Source: the human T2T-CHM13v2.0 reference genome, Homo sapiens. Taken from it: DNA of 64,000 bases. Within the stretch, counting starts at the first letter, position 1. Every line of letters begins with the position of its first letter. The notes below the pieces were generated by a model. The model worked only from the letters and a program-made list of their open reading frames with translations, was not told the origin of the DNA and ran no database searches. Below are positions 63,341-64,000 of the stretch, one piece after another. The stretch lies in NCBI RefSeq assembly GCF_009914755.1, contig NC_060943.1; one strand, 5' to 3'. A program made the position numbers and the translations under genes.

Positions 63341-63516
63341 GGCTAGCAGAGGCAGGGAAAGACCAGCAGAAAGGAAAGAGAGAAAGAGACAGGAAGTCAG
63401 AGAAAGAGAGAAGAGAGGAAGAAACAGAGAGACAAAGAGAAGGAGACAGAGAGGAAGAGACAGAGACAAAGAAGAAGTCAAAGAGAAAAGGAGATAGAAG
63501 TAGTAAAAAAAAAAAA
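63340..63516 (+). repeat. AG-rich expansion inside HERV9 pol after RNase H
   Basis: Purine-rich low-complexity tract; such tracts are characteristic of HERV-W/HERV9-group proviruses. Confidence 0.75.
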
Positions 63517-64000
63517 GTGTACCCTAGCGTAAATTTAAAACCTATAATTGATAATTGAAGGTCTTCTCTGTAACCTTATAACACTCCAATACCACCTTGT
63601 TGTCAGTGTAAACAAGGGCATAGCCGGAAAGCACTGAGGCCACTGACAACCTGTAGCCTTCCTATCAAAAATCCTTAACCCAGCAGGTTTCCTAACAGGA
63701 GATCTAAATCTTAATTAATTACCATACAAAGGTCTGACCAGATCTAGGAGGAACTCCCTTCAGGACAGGATGATAGATGGTTCCTCCCAGGCGATTAAGG
63801 GAAAAAGACACAATGGGTATTCAGTAAGTGATAAGGAAACTCTTGTAGATGCAGAGTTAGGAAAATTGCCTAATAATTGGTCTGCTCAAACATGCCAGTT
63901 GTTTCCACTCAGCCAAATCTTAAAGTACTTACAGAATCAGGAAGCAGCCATCTATACCAATTCTAAGTTAATATGGACTGAACAAGGTCTTACTAATAGC

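Larger units (their letters stand above)
57629..64000 (+). mobile_element. HERV9 (ERV9) provirus, defective, continuing beyond the window
   Basis: 5' LTR12-type LTR, tRNA-Arg PBS, long pre-gag leader, gag, pro, pol in order. Confidence 0.93.

Overview
Eukaryotic, human-type genomic DNA that is GC-rich and extremely Alu-dense, recognised as the RPS28 - KANK3 - ANGPTL4 locus (human 19p13.2 by recall). I rebuilt three complete spliced genes by hand from GT-AG boundaries and reading-frame continuity: RPS28 (+, 69 aa, plus a 3'-UTR intron), KANK3 (-, 10 coding exons, 821 aa) and ANGPTL4 (+, 7 exons, 406 aa). The intergenic DNA holds a full-length RPL17 processed pseudogene interrupted by two Alus, a strong CTCF motif and the motif clusters expected for ANGPTL4 regulation (AP-1/ETS/RUNX, HRE, three intron-3 DR1/PPREs, a perfect GRE at the poly(A) site). 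The 3' end has a solo LTR12C nested in an Alu and the 5' part of a defective HERV9 provirus (LTR, tRNA-Arg PBS, gag, pro, RT, RNase H). Most ORFs in the supplied track are spurious Alu or microsatellite translations. I find no evidence of a wholly new biological system; the reverse transcriptase is an ordinary decayed endogenous-retrovirus pol. The most notable observations are an Alu-derived alternative last exon for KANK3, a transposon-donated distal poly(A) signal that would let RPS28 overlap KANK3 antisense, an in-frame alternative acceptor in ANGPTL4, a fossil snap-back/templated-insertion repair scar in an Alu, an apparent Alu-to-Alu gene conversion, and tandem LTR12 promoters just downstream of ANGPTL4.
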